Positions 50,844 to 64,000 of a stretch of 64,000 nt of DNA are shown here, one piece after another. This DNA is from Eledone cirrhosa (taxonomy: Eukaryota), in contig OZ024742.1 of assembly GCA_964016885.1 (NCBI GenBank), forward strand, positions 25,668,001 through 25,732,000, given 5' to 3'. Below the pieces are notes generated by a model. It had not been told where the DNA came from. It saw nothing but the letters and a program-made list of their open reading frames with translations, and did not search any database. The first letter of the stretch is position 1; each line of letters opens with the position of its first letter. The position numbers and the translations under genes are program-made.

Positions 50844-52674
50844 AATATAGGGAAAAACTAATCTAGGATTGAAGGTAGACTACATTTATGCATTAAACTA
50901 TGTTCGGATACAGACACAAAGGGCAAATATGAAAGTTAATCAGGAGTGACTAACTGCTTACGTATATTTTATACACTTTCATGTATTCCGTTTGTGTCTA
51001 ACAGCATTTATGTTTAATGCATGCGTTTATCTATATATCTAGTCGTATCTGACGTTCTCCCTTTCACTTTCTTTCTCTCTCTATATATATATATATCTAT
51101 GTCTATCTTTCTCTGTCTGTGTAGTTTGTTATGTGCTTATCCATCGCAAATCTTTTTTCGTGTGAGTACACACACAGATAGACACACACACATATCATTA
51201 CATGCAAGGTAATCATAGACACAAATATACCCATTTTTCTTGAAAGTCCCGACTGCAGTTTCACCTCTTGTCTTTCAGTAAAACTGCACTAGAAAAGTGC
51301 ACCATCGCTGTGAGGTTATAGGCTTATCAACAGTCCCCTGAATTTAGTGGACTGTTTCTTGTCCCGAACCTGAAGTAAATAGTTCTCGGGAGAGAGAAAT
51401 TATTATTTGATACAGAAGGGAGGTGAAGGCAGGGCATTTATCGAGTACCATACTTACTAGAAAACGCAGTCAGCCTTTTCAACTCTCTACCATAACGGAA
51501 TTTGGGACACATTTGTAATAAGATACACAAATAGATACATAGGTATATGTGTGTGTGGTGTCCGCCTTGATTAGTTTTGCTCAATGACCGAAAAAAAATA
51601 ATCAAAAGAAATGACATTTTCAACATACCTCTGGGAAGTTATGCTGTTCCATGTATATCAGATTTCTTTGAACTATTTATGTGGCACACTGAGAAAAAAA
51701 ATAAATGTTACGATATATTGATATACAGAGACAACAACAGGCTTATACTATCTCATAATATGAACAGAAATGACAAGCATAGGCTGAAGGGTTATCCTAA
51801 ATTCTACGATTATCAATAATATAAGAATAGTATATTTCATCGACACGATGGTATACCCGAACACAAGGAAGCGCTACTCGTACCGTAAGCTGAATTAAAA
51901 ATATATTTTCTAACCAAGTACCTACAATTATTACACACAGAACAGAATAAATCACTCTAAGCCTTTCAAACTTTTCATGAGTCACGTATATATTTGATAA
52001 ACCAGCCCCATACTGCAATAGAGCATTGACAAAATGGTTTAATGACGGGTTATAGTATATAAGAATATTTCCTTTATTAATAACAATAAACCTTCTAAAA
52101 CTGGAATCACATTAGTTTACTCTATGAAGATATTTGTTATACAAGTGTGGCCGCATCTATCTGATGAGGTACACTCGTACGCAGCATCATAATGTTGATA
52201 ATAGTAAACATGCATGTTCCTCAGAATAATCATCACATTTTTAATAGAAATTCTGTCAATGTCAGCAATACTTGTTTAGGTGATATAGAGGTATAATAAA
52301 ATATATAAAAAATAACATGCTATACTATGTCGTTTTGAATAGAGGCCTGTTGAAGAAGTTGGTGCATAAGACAAGTATAAAAGATATTGGTTACACGGAA
52401 AAGGCATATATATGGATTACCAACATCGATAAAATTGTCAATCATTCAGAAATCTGATGTTTCGACATGAATATAAAAGTACGCCAATATTGGAATGTGA
52501 AAGGAAACATAAAAAATAACAAACATCTTCCATATTTTTTATCAGAGAAGAGACTTGCATCAAATGTATGACAACCATCGATGATATACATTAAAATCAC
52601 TCTCCCCCACTTCCTTTCTCTTTCTCTCTCTGTCTATCAATAAATATGGATATATATACATATATATAAACATA

Positions 52675-52742
<68 letters not shown>

Positions 52743-52745
52743 TAT

Positions 52746-52782
<37 letters not shown>

Positions 52783-53278
52783 TGTGTGTTTTTAAATGTA
52801 TTTATTTATAGACACATACATACATACAGACATACGTACATCACACACACATATATATATATATATATACGTATATTACTTCGTCGTGCAGATTGTGTGA
52901 TTTAGTATTGTAGTATATAAATCTAGAGCATATATGAATATGAAAATAACAATGGAAACTGAGGCGGATCTTAGTTTAGGATGTGTGGAGGTAACCGTTG
53001 GAAGATTGGTATGCTCGGATAAATGTAGACAAAGATGCCTGCCACGAATCAAACTCCCCATCTCTCGGATGCCCAGTGAGTGTTTTGAACAATAAGGCAG
53101 TGACTCCCTGGTTCTTATTACGTCATTTCAGAAAACTTTAAAATTGTAGGTAGGACTGTAAACCTCCGCTTGCCTTCAGAAGCATTGGCAAAATTTGGAA
53201 TTTTCTCAACTATCATTTATAGTGTTCAACTATTATTATCATTGTCATTTGCTTAGGGACGGCTTCATCTGAAATTAA

Positions 53279-53324
<46 letters not shown>

Positions 53325-53326
53325 CA

Positions 53327-53391
<65 letters not shown>

Positions 53392-54234
53392 TTAAATAAC
53401 AGATTATAGTTTAAGCAAAGAATCACTGCATTCACGCTTATCGAGCACTCTTCGGATTTTAGTCTTCATATTTATTATTATTACTATATATATATACATA
53501 TATACACATACTTATATATATGTGTGTGTGTGCATACATGTTTAGGCTTCCACATACGTGTATATATGTATATATTGTTGGTGTATTCATGTACTTATTT
53601 AATATGTGTATATACATGCCTACACGCACAGACACCTATACAAATATGCCTATATGTAGGTATGGTTATGTGTATGAATGTGTATGAATGTGTCTATGTA
53701 TTTGTGAACGTACTGCTGTGTGTGCTTGCTCTTCTAGAAGTTTAATTTAGCTATATCTCTTTATTAAAAACTACTGCTCTTTTCCATCTATAGTAAGTTA
53801 AATATAATATTCTATATAACCAACGAAAATAACTGCTGATGGCTAGTTTGTATTTCATTGTTCATTTGTGGAGACTGGGAGAAATCTATCGCTGAAGAAT
53901 TGGAAAGCAATGTGTTTTAGTAATAATCTTAGAGTAAGAGAGAAGCCATGTTAACCGCTCTTTATAATTTCTCAGCGAACGTAGAATGGATTTTATTGAA
54001 CTTAATCTTAAAAATAACCCTCAATTGTCTGATTCTGAATAGAGAACTCATATTCTGAGAGTATTTATTGGAATAATTCAATGCAGGTAATATTATTGAA
54101 GTAATTTGTTTGCCTTTTAGGTTGAGATATCTAGACAGAACGCAGTAGGTTTTAAAAATGGATTCGTCAAAAATTGGAAACCATATAGAAGAAATGATAT
54201 TTAAATCATATTTCATTTGTGTAATTGTTAAACT

Positions 54235-54390
54235 AAGGCAGCGAATTTGCAGATTCGTCAGAATCGCGGATAGAATTCTTTGCGGTATTCGTTCTGGCTG
54301 CCTGTTCTCTGAGTTCAAATCCCGCCGTGGTCAACTGTCTTTCATCTTTCTGTGGTCAATAAAACAGTATCAGTCTAGAACTGAGGTTAA
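54235..54390 (+). mobile_element. Diverged tRNA-derived SINE
   Basis: GAGTTCAAATCCCGCCGTGGTCAAC...TTTCATC...GTCAATAAAA. Confidence 0.55.
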
Positions 54391-55251
54391 TTCTTCCTTT
54401 ATATCTATTTCTCACTCTATCTTTCTCTGGAGGAAATCTGCCATACGCAGACCTAGAGAGGGGTTGGGCTTCACCAGGCTTTAGAATGCCAAAGATGCAC
54501 CGTAGATCACCACATTACCGATACATATCCATCAAGGTTTACTGTACCAAACAAGAAAAAAAAACCCCATTTACTAGCGTCTTTGACAGAAAATATATGA
54601 CTGTGGTAAATGTTCGAGTCATGTATTGTTATCATATTTTGTTTTTACAGTTGTTGTTGTTCTTGTTGTGCCTTGGTATTAAACATTTGATAATCAGCAA
54701 AGTTAACATAGGGGTCTCATCAACATGTATCACATGGGTGGGAGTGCAGGACAGAAACTAATGGGAGGGGAGAAAACAAAGGGAACAATTGTCTCGGCCT
54801 TCTTGCGGTGGAGAGGACAGCAATAGCTGCAGCAAATTATTTGTGCCCCGAGCTGGGTTTTTTAATTTTTAGGATGGTTAGAATTTATTAATTTAATACC
54901 TGTATGTATAATATTTCAATTCCAATTACTTGCACCAGGCTAACTTTGATATGTAAAAATGGTTTGGGGATGTTTGTTGTGTATTCGCATTTTTTGTGTA
55001 TGAGAGACCCCACAAAATCTGAAGTGCTCTGCACCCACCAAGGACAGAATCCAACGCTATCTGTGTAAAAGCTCATGTATCATTCGTTAGGTTGTTTTGC
55101 TCTCGATATTGCGATCGTGATTTCAACTACCTGTAGCGCTCTTTGTACTTCAGCAAAACAATTTATTTCACGATGGACAAGTACAGTCAGGTAGAAAATA
55201 GGTAGATGGGCTGGTCTTGTCTCATTGAATCACCCTCACACTAAACACCAC

Positions 55252-55255
55252 TCTG

Positions 55256-55324
<69 letters not shown>

Positions 55325-55347
55325 ATGCTGCTGCTACTACTATTATA

Positions 55348-55387
<40 letters not shown>

Positions 55388-55564
55388 TTATAACTACTAC
55401 TACTACAACTACTACAACTACTACTACTACTACTATTATAACTACTACTACTGCTGCTACTACTACTGCTGCTGCTGCTACTATTACTACTAATACTAGT
55501 ACTACTATTACTACTACTACTACTACTACTACAACTACAACTACTACTACTACTACTGCTGCTG

Positions 55565-55633
<69 letters not shown>

Positions 55634-55655
55634 CTGCTGCTGCTGCAGCTAATAT

Positions 55656-55726
<71 letters not shown>
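55252..55726 (+). repeat. (ACT)n/(GCT)n trinucleotide microsatellite
   Basis: ~470 bp of imperfect ACT repeats. Confidence 0.95.
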
Positions 55727-55727
<1 letters not shown>

Positions 55728-55835
55728 ATTTAGGATTCTTAGCGGTATCATTTACAACGTATACATCGACATCATGACAATCATCATCATCATCGTCATA
55801 GCCATCATCATCATCGTTATCATCATAGTGGGTTT

Positions 55836-58800
55836 CATCGACACCTGCATCATTATCAGCCCCATCACATGCACTCCCACGTGTACCCCTCACCATCGAC
55901 ACCACCATTATCACCTCCATCACATGCACTCCCACGTGTACCCCTCACCATCAACGCCACCATTATCACCTCCATCACATGCACTCCCATGTGTACCCCT
56001 CACCATCGACACCACCATTATCGGCACCACCACATGCACTCCCACGTGTACCCCTCACCATCGACACCAGCATCATTATCAGCCCCATCACATGCACTCC
56101 CACGTGTACCCCTCACCATCGACACCACCATTATCAGCCCCATCACATGCACTCCCACGTGTACCCCTCACCATCAACACCACCATTATCAGCCCCATCA
56201 CATGCACTCCCACGTGTACCCCTCACCATCAACACCACCATTATCAGCCCCATCACATGCACTCCCACGTGTACCCCTCACCATCGACACCACCATTATC
56301 AGCCCCATCACATGCACTCCCACGTGTACCCCTCACCATCAACACCACCATTATCAGCACCATCACATGCACTCCCACGTGTACCCCTCACCATCGACAC
56401 GACCATTATCACCTCCATCACATGCACTCCCACGTGTACCCCTCAACATCGACACCACCATTATCACCCCCATCACATGCACTCCCACGTGTACCCCTCA
56501 CCACCATTATCAGCACCATCACATTCACTCCCACGTGTACCCCTCACCATCGACACCACCATTATCAGCCCCATCACATGCACTCCCACGTGTACCCCTC
56601 ACCATCGACACCACCATTATCAGCCCCATCACATGCACTCCCACGTGTACCCCTCACCATCGACACCACCATTATCACCCCCATCACATGCACTCCCACG
56701 TGTACCCCTCACCATCGACACCACCATTATCACCCCCATCACATGCACTCCCACGTGTACCCCTCACCATCGACACGACCATTATCACCTCCATCACATG
56801 CACTCCCACGTGTACCCCTCAACATCGACACCACCATTATCACCCCCATCACATGCACTCCCACGTGTACCCCTCACCATCGACACCACCATTATCAGCC
56901 CCATCACATGCACTCCCACGTGTACCCCTCACCATCAACACCACCATTATCAGCCCCATCACATGCACTCCCACGTGTACCCCTCACCATCAACACCACC
57001 ATTATCAGCCCCATCACATGCACTCCCACGTGTACCCCTCACCACCAACACCACCATTATCAGCACCATCACATGCACTCCCACGTGTACCCCTCACCAT
57101 CGACACGACCATTATCACCCCCATCACATGCACTCCCACGTGTACCCCTCACCACCATTATCAGCACCATCACATGCACTCCCACGTGTACCCCTCACCA
57201 TCAACACCACCATTATCACCCCCATCACATGCACTCCCACGTGTACCCCTCACCACCATTATCAGCACCATCACATGCACTCCCACGTGTACCCCTCACC
57301 ACCAACACCACCATTATCAGCACCATCACATGCACTCCCACGTGTACCCCTCACCATCGACACGACCATTATCACCCCCATCACATGCACTCCCACGTGT
57401 ACCCCTCACCACCATTATCAGCCCCATCACATGCACTCCCACGTGTACCCCTCACCATCAACACCACCATTATCAGCACCATCACATGCACTCCCACGTG
57501 TACCCCTCACCATCAACACCACCATTATCAGCACCATCACATGCACTCCCACGTGTACCCCTCACCATCGACACCACCATTATCACCTCCATCACATGCA
57601 CTCCCACGTGTACCCCTCAACATCGACACCACCATTATCACCCCCATCACATGCACTCCCACGTGTACCCCTCACCACCATTATCAGCACCATCACATTC
57701 ACTCCCACGTGTACCCCTCACCATCGACACCACCATTATCAGCCCCATCACATGCACTCCCACGTGTACCCCTCACCATCGACACCACCATTATCACCCC
57801 CATCACATGCACTCCCACGTGTACCCCTCACCATCGACACGACCATTATCACCTCCATCACATGCACTCCCACGTGTACCCCTCAACATCGACACCACCA
57901 TTATCACCCCCATCACATGCACTCCCACGTGTACCCCTCACCATCGACACCACCATTATCAGCCCCATCACATGCACTCCCACGTGTACCCCTCACCATC
58001 AACACCACCATTATCAGCCCCATCACATGCACTCCCACGTGTACCCCTCACCATCAACACCACCATTATCAGCCCCATCACATGCACTCCCACGTGTACC
58101 CCTCACCACCAACACCACCATTAACAGCACCATCACATGCACTCCCACGTGTACCCCTCACCATCGACACGACCATTATCACCCCCATCACATGCACTCC
58201 CACGTGTACCCCTCACCACCATTATCAGCACCATCACATGCACTCCCACGTGTACCCCTCACCATCAACACCACCATTATCACCCCCATCACATGCACTC
58301 CCACGTGTACCCCTCACCACCATTATCAGCACCATCACATGCACTCCCACGTGTACCCCTCACCACCAACACCACCATTATCAGCACCATCACATGCACT
58401 CCCACGTGTACCCCTCACCATCGACACGACCATTATCACCCCCATCACATGCACTCCCACGTGTACCCCTCACCACCATTATCAGCCCCATCACATGCAC
58501 TCCCACGTGTACCCCTCACCATCAACACCACCATTATCAGCACCATCACATGCACTCCCACGTGTACCCCTCACTATCGACACCACCATTATCAGCCCCA
58601 TTACATGCACTCCCACGTGTACCCCTCACTATCGACACCACCATTATCAGCCCCATCACATGCACTCCCACGTGTACCCCTCACCATCAACACCACCATT
58701 CTCACCCCCATCACATGCACTCCCACGTGTACCCCTCACCATCAACACAACCATTATCACCTCCATCACATGCACTCCCACGTGTACCCCTCACCATCAA

Positions 58801-61800
58801 CACCACCATTATCAGCACCATCACATGCACTCCCACGTGTACCCCTCACCATCAACACAACCATTATCACCTCCATCACATGCACTCCCACGTGTACCCC
58901 TCACCATCAACACCATCATTATCAGCACCATCACATGCACTCCCACGTGTACCCCTCACCATCGACACCACCATTATCAGCACCATCACATGCACTCCCA
59001 CGTGTACCCCTCACCATCGACACCACCATTATCAGCACCATCACATGCACTCCCACGTGTACCCCTCACCATCAACACCACCATTCTCACCCCCATCACA
59101 TGCACTCCCACGTGTACCCCTCACCATCAACACCACCATTATCACCTCCATCACATGCACTCCCACGTGTACCCCTCACTATCGACACCACCATTATCAG
59201 CACCATCACATGCACTCCCACGTGTACCCCTCACCATCAACACCACCATTATCAGCACCATCACATGCACTCCCACGTGTACCCCTCACCATCGACACCA
59301 CCATTATCGGCACCACCACATGCACTCCCACGTGTACCCCTCACCATCGACACCAGCATCATTATCAGCCCCATCACATGCACTCCCACGTGTACCCCTC
59401 ACCATCGACACCACCATTATCAGCCCCATCACATGCACTCCCACGTGTACCCCTCACCATCAACACCACCATTATCAGCCCCATCACATGCACTCCCACG
59501 TGTACCCCTCACCATCAACACCACCATTATCAGCCCCATCACATGCACTCCCACGTGTACCCCTCACCATCGACACCACCATTATCAGCCCCATCACATG
59601 CACTCCCACGTGTACCCCTCACCATCAACACCACCATTATCAGCACCATCACATGCACTCCCACGTGTACCCCTCACCATCGACACCACCATTATCACCT
59701 CCATCACATGCACTCCCACGTGTACCCCTCAACATCGACACCACCATTATCACCCCCATCACATGCACTCCCACGTGTACCCCTCACCACCATTATCAGC
59801 ACCATCACATTCACTCCCACGTGTACCCCTCACCATCGACACCACCATTATCAGCCCCATCACATGCACTCCCACGTGTACCCCTCACCATCGACACCAC
59901 CATTATCAGCCCCATCACATGCACTCCCACGTGTACCCCTCACCATCGACACCACCATTATCACCTCCATCACATGCACTCCCACGTGTACCCCTCACCA
60001 TCGACACCACCATTATCACCCCCATCACATGCACTCCCACGTGTACCCCTCACCATCGACACGACCATTATCACCTCCATCACATGCACTCCCACGTGTA
60101 CCCCTCAACATCGACACCACCATTATCACCCCCATCACATGCACTCCCACGTGTACCCCTCACCATCGACACCACCATTATCAGCCCCATCACATGCACT
60201 CCCACGTGTACCCCTCACCATCAACACCACCATTATCAGCCCCATCACATGCACTCCCACGTGTACCCCTCATCATCAACACCACCATTATCAGCCCCAT
60301 CACATGCACTCCCACGTGTACCCCTCACCACCAACACCACCATTATCAGCACCATCACATGCACTCCCACGTGTACCCCTCACCATCGACACGACCATTA
60401 TCACCCCCATCACATACACTCCCACGTGTACCCCTCACCACCATTATCAGCACCATCACATGCACTCCCACGTGTACCCCTCACCATCAACACCACCATT
60501 ATCACCCCCATCACATGCACTCCCACGTGTACCCCTCACCACCATTATCAGCACCATCACATGCACTCCCACGTGTACCCCTCACCACCAACACCACCAT
60601 TATCAGCACCATCACATGCACTCCCACGTGTACCCCTCACCATCGACACGACCATTATCACCCCCATCACATGCACTCCCACGTGTACCCCTCACCACCA
60701 TTATCAGCCCCATCACATGCACTCCCACGTGTACCCCTCACCATCAACACCACCATTATCAGCACCATCACATGCACTCCCACGTGTACCCCTCACTATC
60801 GACACCACCATTATCAGCCCCATCACATGCACTCCCACGTGTACCCCTCACCATCAACACCACCATTCTCACCCCCATCACATGCACTCCCACGTGTACC
60901 CCTCACCATCAACACAACCATTATCACCTCCATCACATGCACTCCCACGTGTACCCCTCACCATCAACACCACCATTATCAGCACCATCACATGCACTCC
61001 CACGTGTACCCCTCACCATCAACACAACCATTATCACCTCCATCACATGCACTCCCACGTGTACCCCTCACCATCAACACCATCATTATCAGCACCATCA
61101 CATGCACTCCCACGTGTACCCCTCACCATCGACACCACCATTATCAGCACCATCACATGCACTCCCACGTGTACCCCTCACCATCGACACCACCATTATC
61201 AGCACCATCACATGCACTCCCACGTGTACCCCTCACCATCAACACCACCATTCTCACCCCCATCACATGCACTCCCACGTGTACCCCTCACCATCAACAC
61301 CACCATTATCACCTCCATCACATGCACTCCCACGTGTACCCCTCACTATCGACACCACCATTATCAGCACCATCACATGCACTCCCACGTGTACCCCTCA
61401 CCATCAACACCACCATTATCAGCACCATCACATGCACTCCCACGTGTACCCCTCACCATGAACACCACCATTATCAGCACCATCACATGCACTCCCACGT
61501 GTACCCCTCACCATCGACGCCACCATTATCAGCCCCATCACATGCACTCCCACGTGTACCCCTCACCACTATTATCAGCCCCATCACATGCACTCCCACG
61601 TGTACCCCTCACCACCATTATCAGCCCCATCACATGCACTCCCACGTGTACCCCTCACCACCATTATCAGCACCATCACATGCACTCCCACGTGTACCCC
61701 TCACCACCATTATCAGCACCATCACATGCACTCCCACGTGTACCCCTCACCATCAACAACACCATTATCAGCACCATCACATGCACTCCCACGTGTATCC

Positions 61801-64000
61801 CTCACCATCAACACCACCATTATCAGCACCATCACATGCACTCCCACGTGTACCCCTCACTATCGACGCCACCATTATCACCCCCATCACATGCACTCCC
61901 ACGTGTACCCCTCACCACCATTATCAGCACCATCACATGCACTCCCACGTGTACCCCTCACCATCAACACCACCATTATCAGCACCATCACATGCACTCC
62001 CACGTGTACCCCTCACCATCGACACCACCATTATCGGCACCACCACATGCACTCCCACGTGTACCCCTCACCATCGACACCAGCATCATTATCAGCCCCA
62101 TCACATGCACTCCCACGTGTACCCCTCACCATCGACACCACCATTATCAGCCCCATCACATGCACTCCCACGTGTACCCCTCACCATCAACACCACCATT
62201 ATCAGCCCCATCACATGCACTCCCACGTGTACCCCTCACCATCAACACCACCATTATCAGCCCCATCACATGCACTCCCACGTGTATCCCTCACCATCGA
62301 CACCACCATTATCAGCCCCATCACATGCACTCCCACGTGTACCCCTCACCATCAACACCACCATTATCAGCACCATCACATGCACTCCCACGTGTACCCC
62401 TCACCATCGACACCACCATTATCACCTCCATCACATGCACTCCCACGTGTACCCCTCAACATCGACACCACCATTATCACCCCCATCACATGCACTCCCA
62501 CGTGTACCCCTCACCACCATTATCAGCACCATCACATTCACTCCCACGTGTACCCCTCACCATCGACACCACCATTATCAGCCCCATCACATGCACTCCC
62601 ACGTGTACCCCTCACCATCGACACCACCATTATCAGCCCCATCACATGCACTCCCACGTGTACCCCTCACCATCGACACCACCATTATCACCCCCATCAC
62701 ATGCACTCCCACGTGTACCCCTCACCATCGACACCACCATTATCACCCCCATCACATGCACTCCCACGTGTACCCCTCACCATCGACACGACCATTATCA
62801 CCTCCATCACATGCACTCCCACGTGTACCCCTCAACATCGACACCACCATTATCACCCCCATCACATGCACTCCCACGTGTACCCCTCACCATCGACACC
62901 ACCATTATCAGCCCCATCACATGCACTCCCACGTGTACCCCTCACCATCAACACCACCATTATCAGCCCCATCACATGCACTCCCACGTGTACCCCTCAC
63001 CATCAACACCACCATTATCAGCCCCATCACATGCACTCCCACGTGTACCCCTCACCACCAACACCACCATTATCAGCACCATCACATGCACTCCCACGTG
63101 TACCCCTCACCATCGACACGACCATTATCACCCCCATCACATGCACTCCCACGTGTACCCCTCACCACCATTATCAGCACCATCACATGCACTCCCACGT
63201 GTACCCCTCACCATCAACACCACCATTATCACCCCCATCACATGCACTCCCACGTGTACCCCTCACCACCATTATCAGCACCATCACATGCACTCCCACG
63301 TGTACCCCTCACCACCAACACCACCATTATCAGCACCATCACATGCACTCCCACGTGTACCCCTCACCATCGACACGACCATTATCACCCCCATCACATG
63401 CACTCCCACGTGTACCCCTCACCACCATTATCAGCCCCATCACATGCACTCCCACGTGTACCCCTCACCATCAACACCACCATTATCAGCACCATCACAT
63501 GCACTCCCACGTGTACCCCTCACTATCGACACCACCATTATCAGCCCCATCACATGCACTCCCACGTGTACCCCTCACTATCGACACCACCATTATCAGC
63601 CCCATCACATGCACTCCCACGTGTACCCCTCACCATCAACACCACCATTCTCACCCCCATCACATGCACTCCCACGTGTACCCCTCACCATCAACACAAC
63701 CATTATCACCTCCATCACATGCACTCCCACGTGTACCCCTCACCATCAACACCACCATTATCAGCACCATCACATGCACTCCCACGTGTACCCCTCACCA
63801 TCAACACAACCATTATCACCTCCATCACATGCACTCCCACGTGTACCCCTCACCATCAACACCATCATTATCAGCACCATCACATGCACTCCCACGTGTA
63901 CCCCTCACCATCGACACCACCATTATCAGAACCATCACATGCACTCCCACGTGTACCCCTCACCATCGACACCACCATTATCAGCACCATCACATGCACT
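55836..64000 (+). repeat. 55-bp satellite array (46- and 58-bp variants) running off the window end
   Basis: Unit CACATGCACTCCCACGTGTACCCCTCACCATCGACACCACCATTATCAGCCCCAT, starting at 55866, 55921, 55976, 56031 and onward; ~150 copies. Confidence 0.98.

Noticed and set aside
55225-61461. 2,078-aa (and 751-aa) His/Pro/Thr-rich ORFs as a real mucin-like or metal-binding protein
   Set aside because: The 55-bp unit has no stop codon in any + frame and is not a multiple of 3, so the translation cycles through all three frames. The N-terminus is an (ACT)n microsatellite with a TTG start. Best explained as a satellite artefact.
55836-64000. CRISPR-like repeat-spacer array
   Set aside because: The intervening segments are near-identical variants rather than unique spacers. 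The context is eukaryotic and there are no cas genes.

Overview
AT-rich, microsatellite-dense eukaryotic DNA with no recognisable host protein-coding gene. The repeat landscape suggests an invertebrate, probably an octopus or related cephalopod; this is an inference from repeat types only. Identifiable mobile elements are: Penelope-like retroelements (PLEs; one Naiad-like copy with 562-bp inverted terminal repeats, one near-intact ~1,200-aa copy plus a truncated sister, and decayed copies), R4/Dong, RTE and Tx1/L1 LINE fragments, a mariner, a Chapaev3-type DNA transposon, nested Helitrons and tRNA-derived SINEs. The last ~8 kb is a 55-bp satellite with higher-order structure, and the 2,078-aa ORF there is a product of the repeat. 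The main hidden signal is about 18 minimal type I hammerhead ribozyme (HHR) motifs from roughly eight families between 5.5 and 30.7 kb. They sit in PLE terminal repeats, fold-back elements and a retrozyme-like 426-bp tandem. They include non-canonical cores (CCGAAGA and U3-A8 UUGAAAA). A separate covarying pseudoknot carries all three hammerhead core strands in a non-standard order. All folding was done by eye, and coordinates may be off by a few nt.
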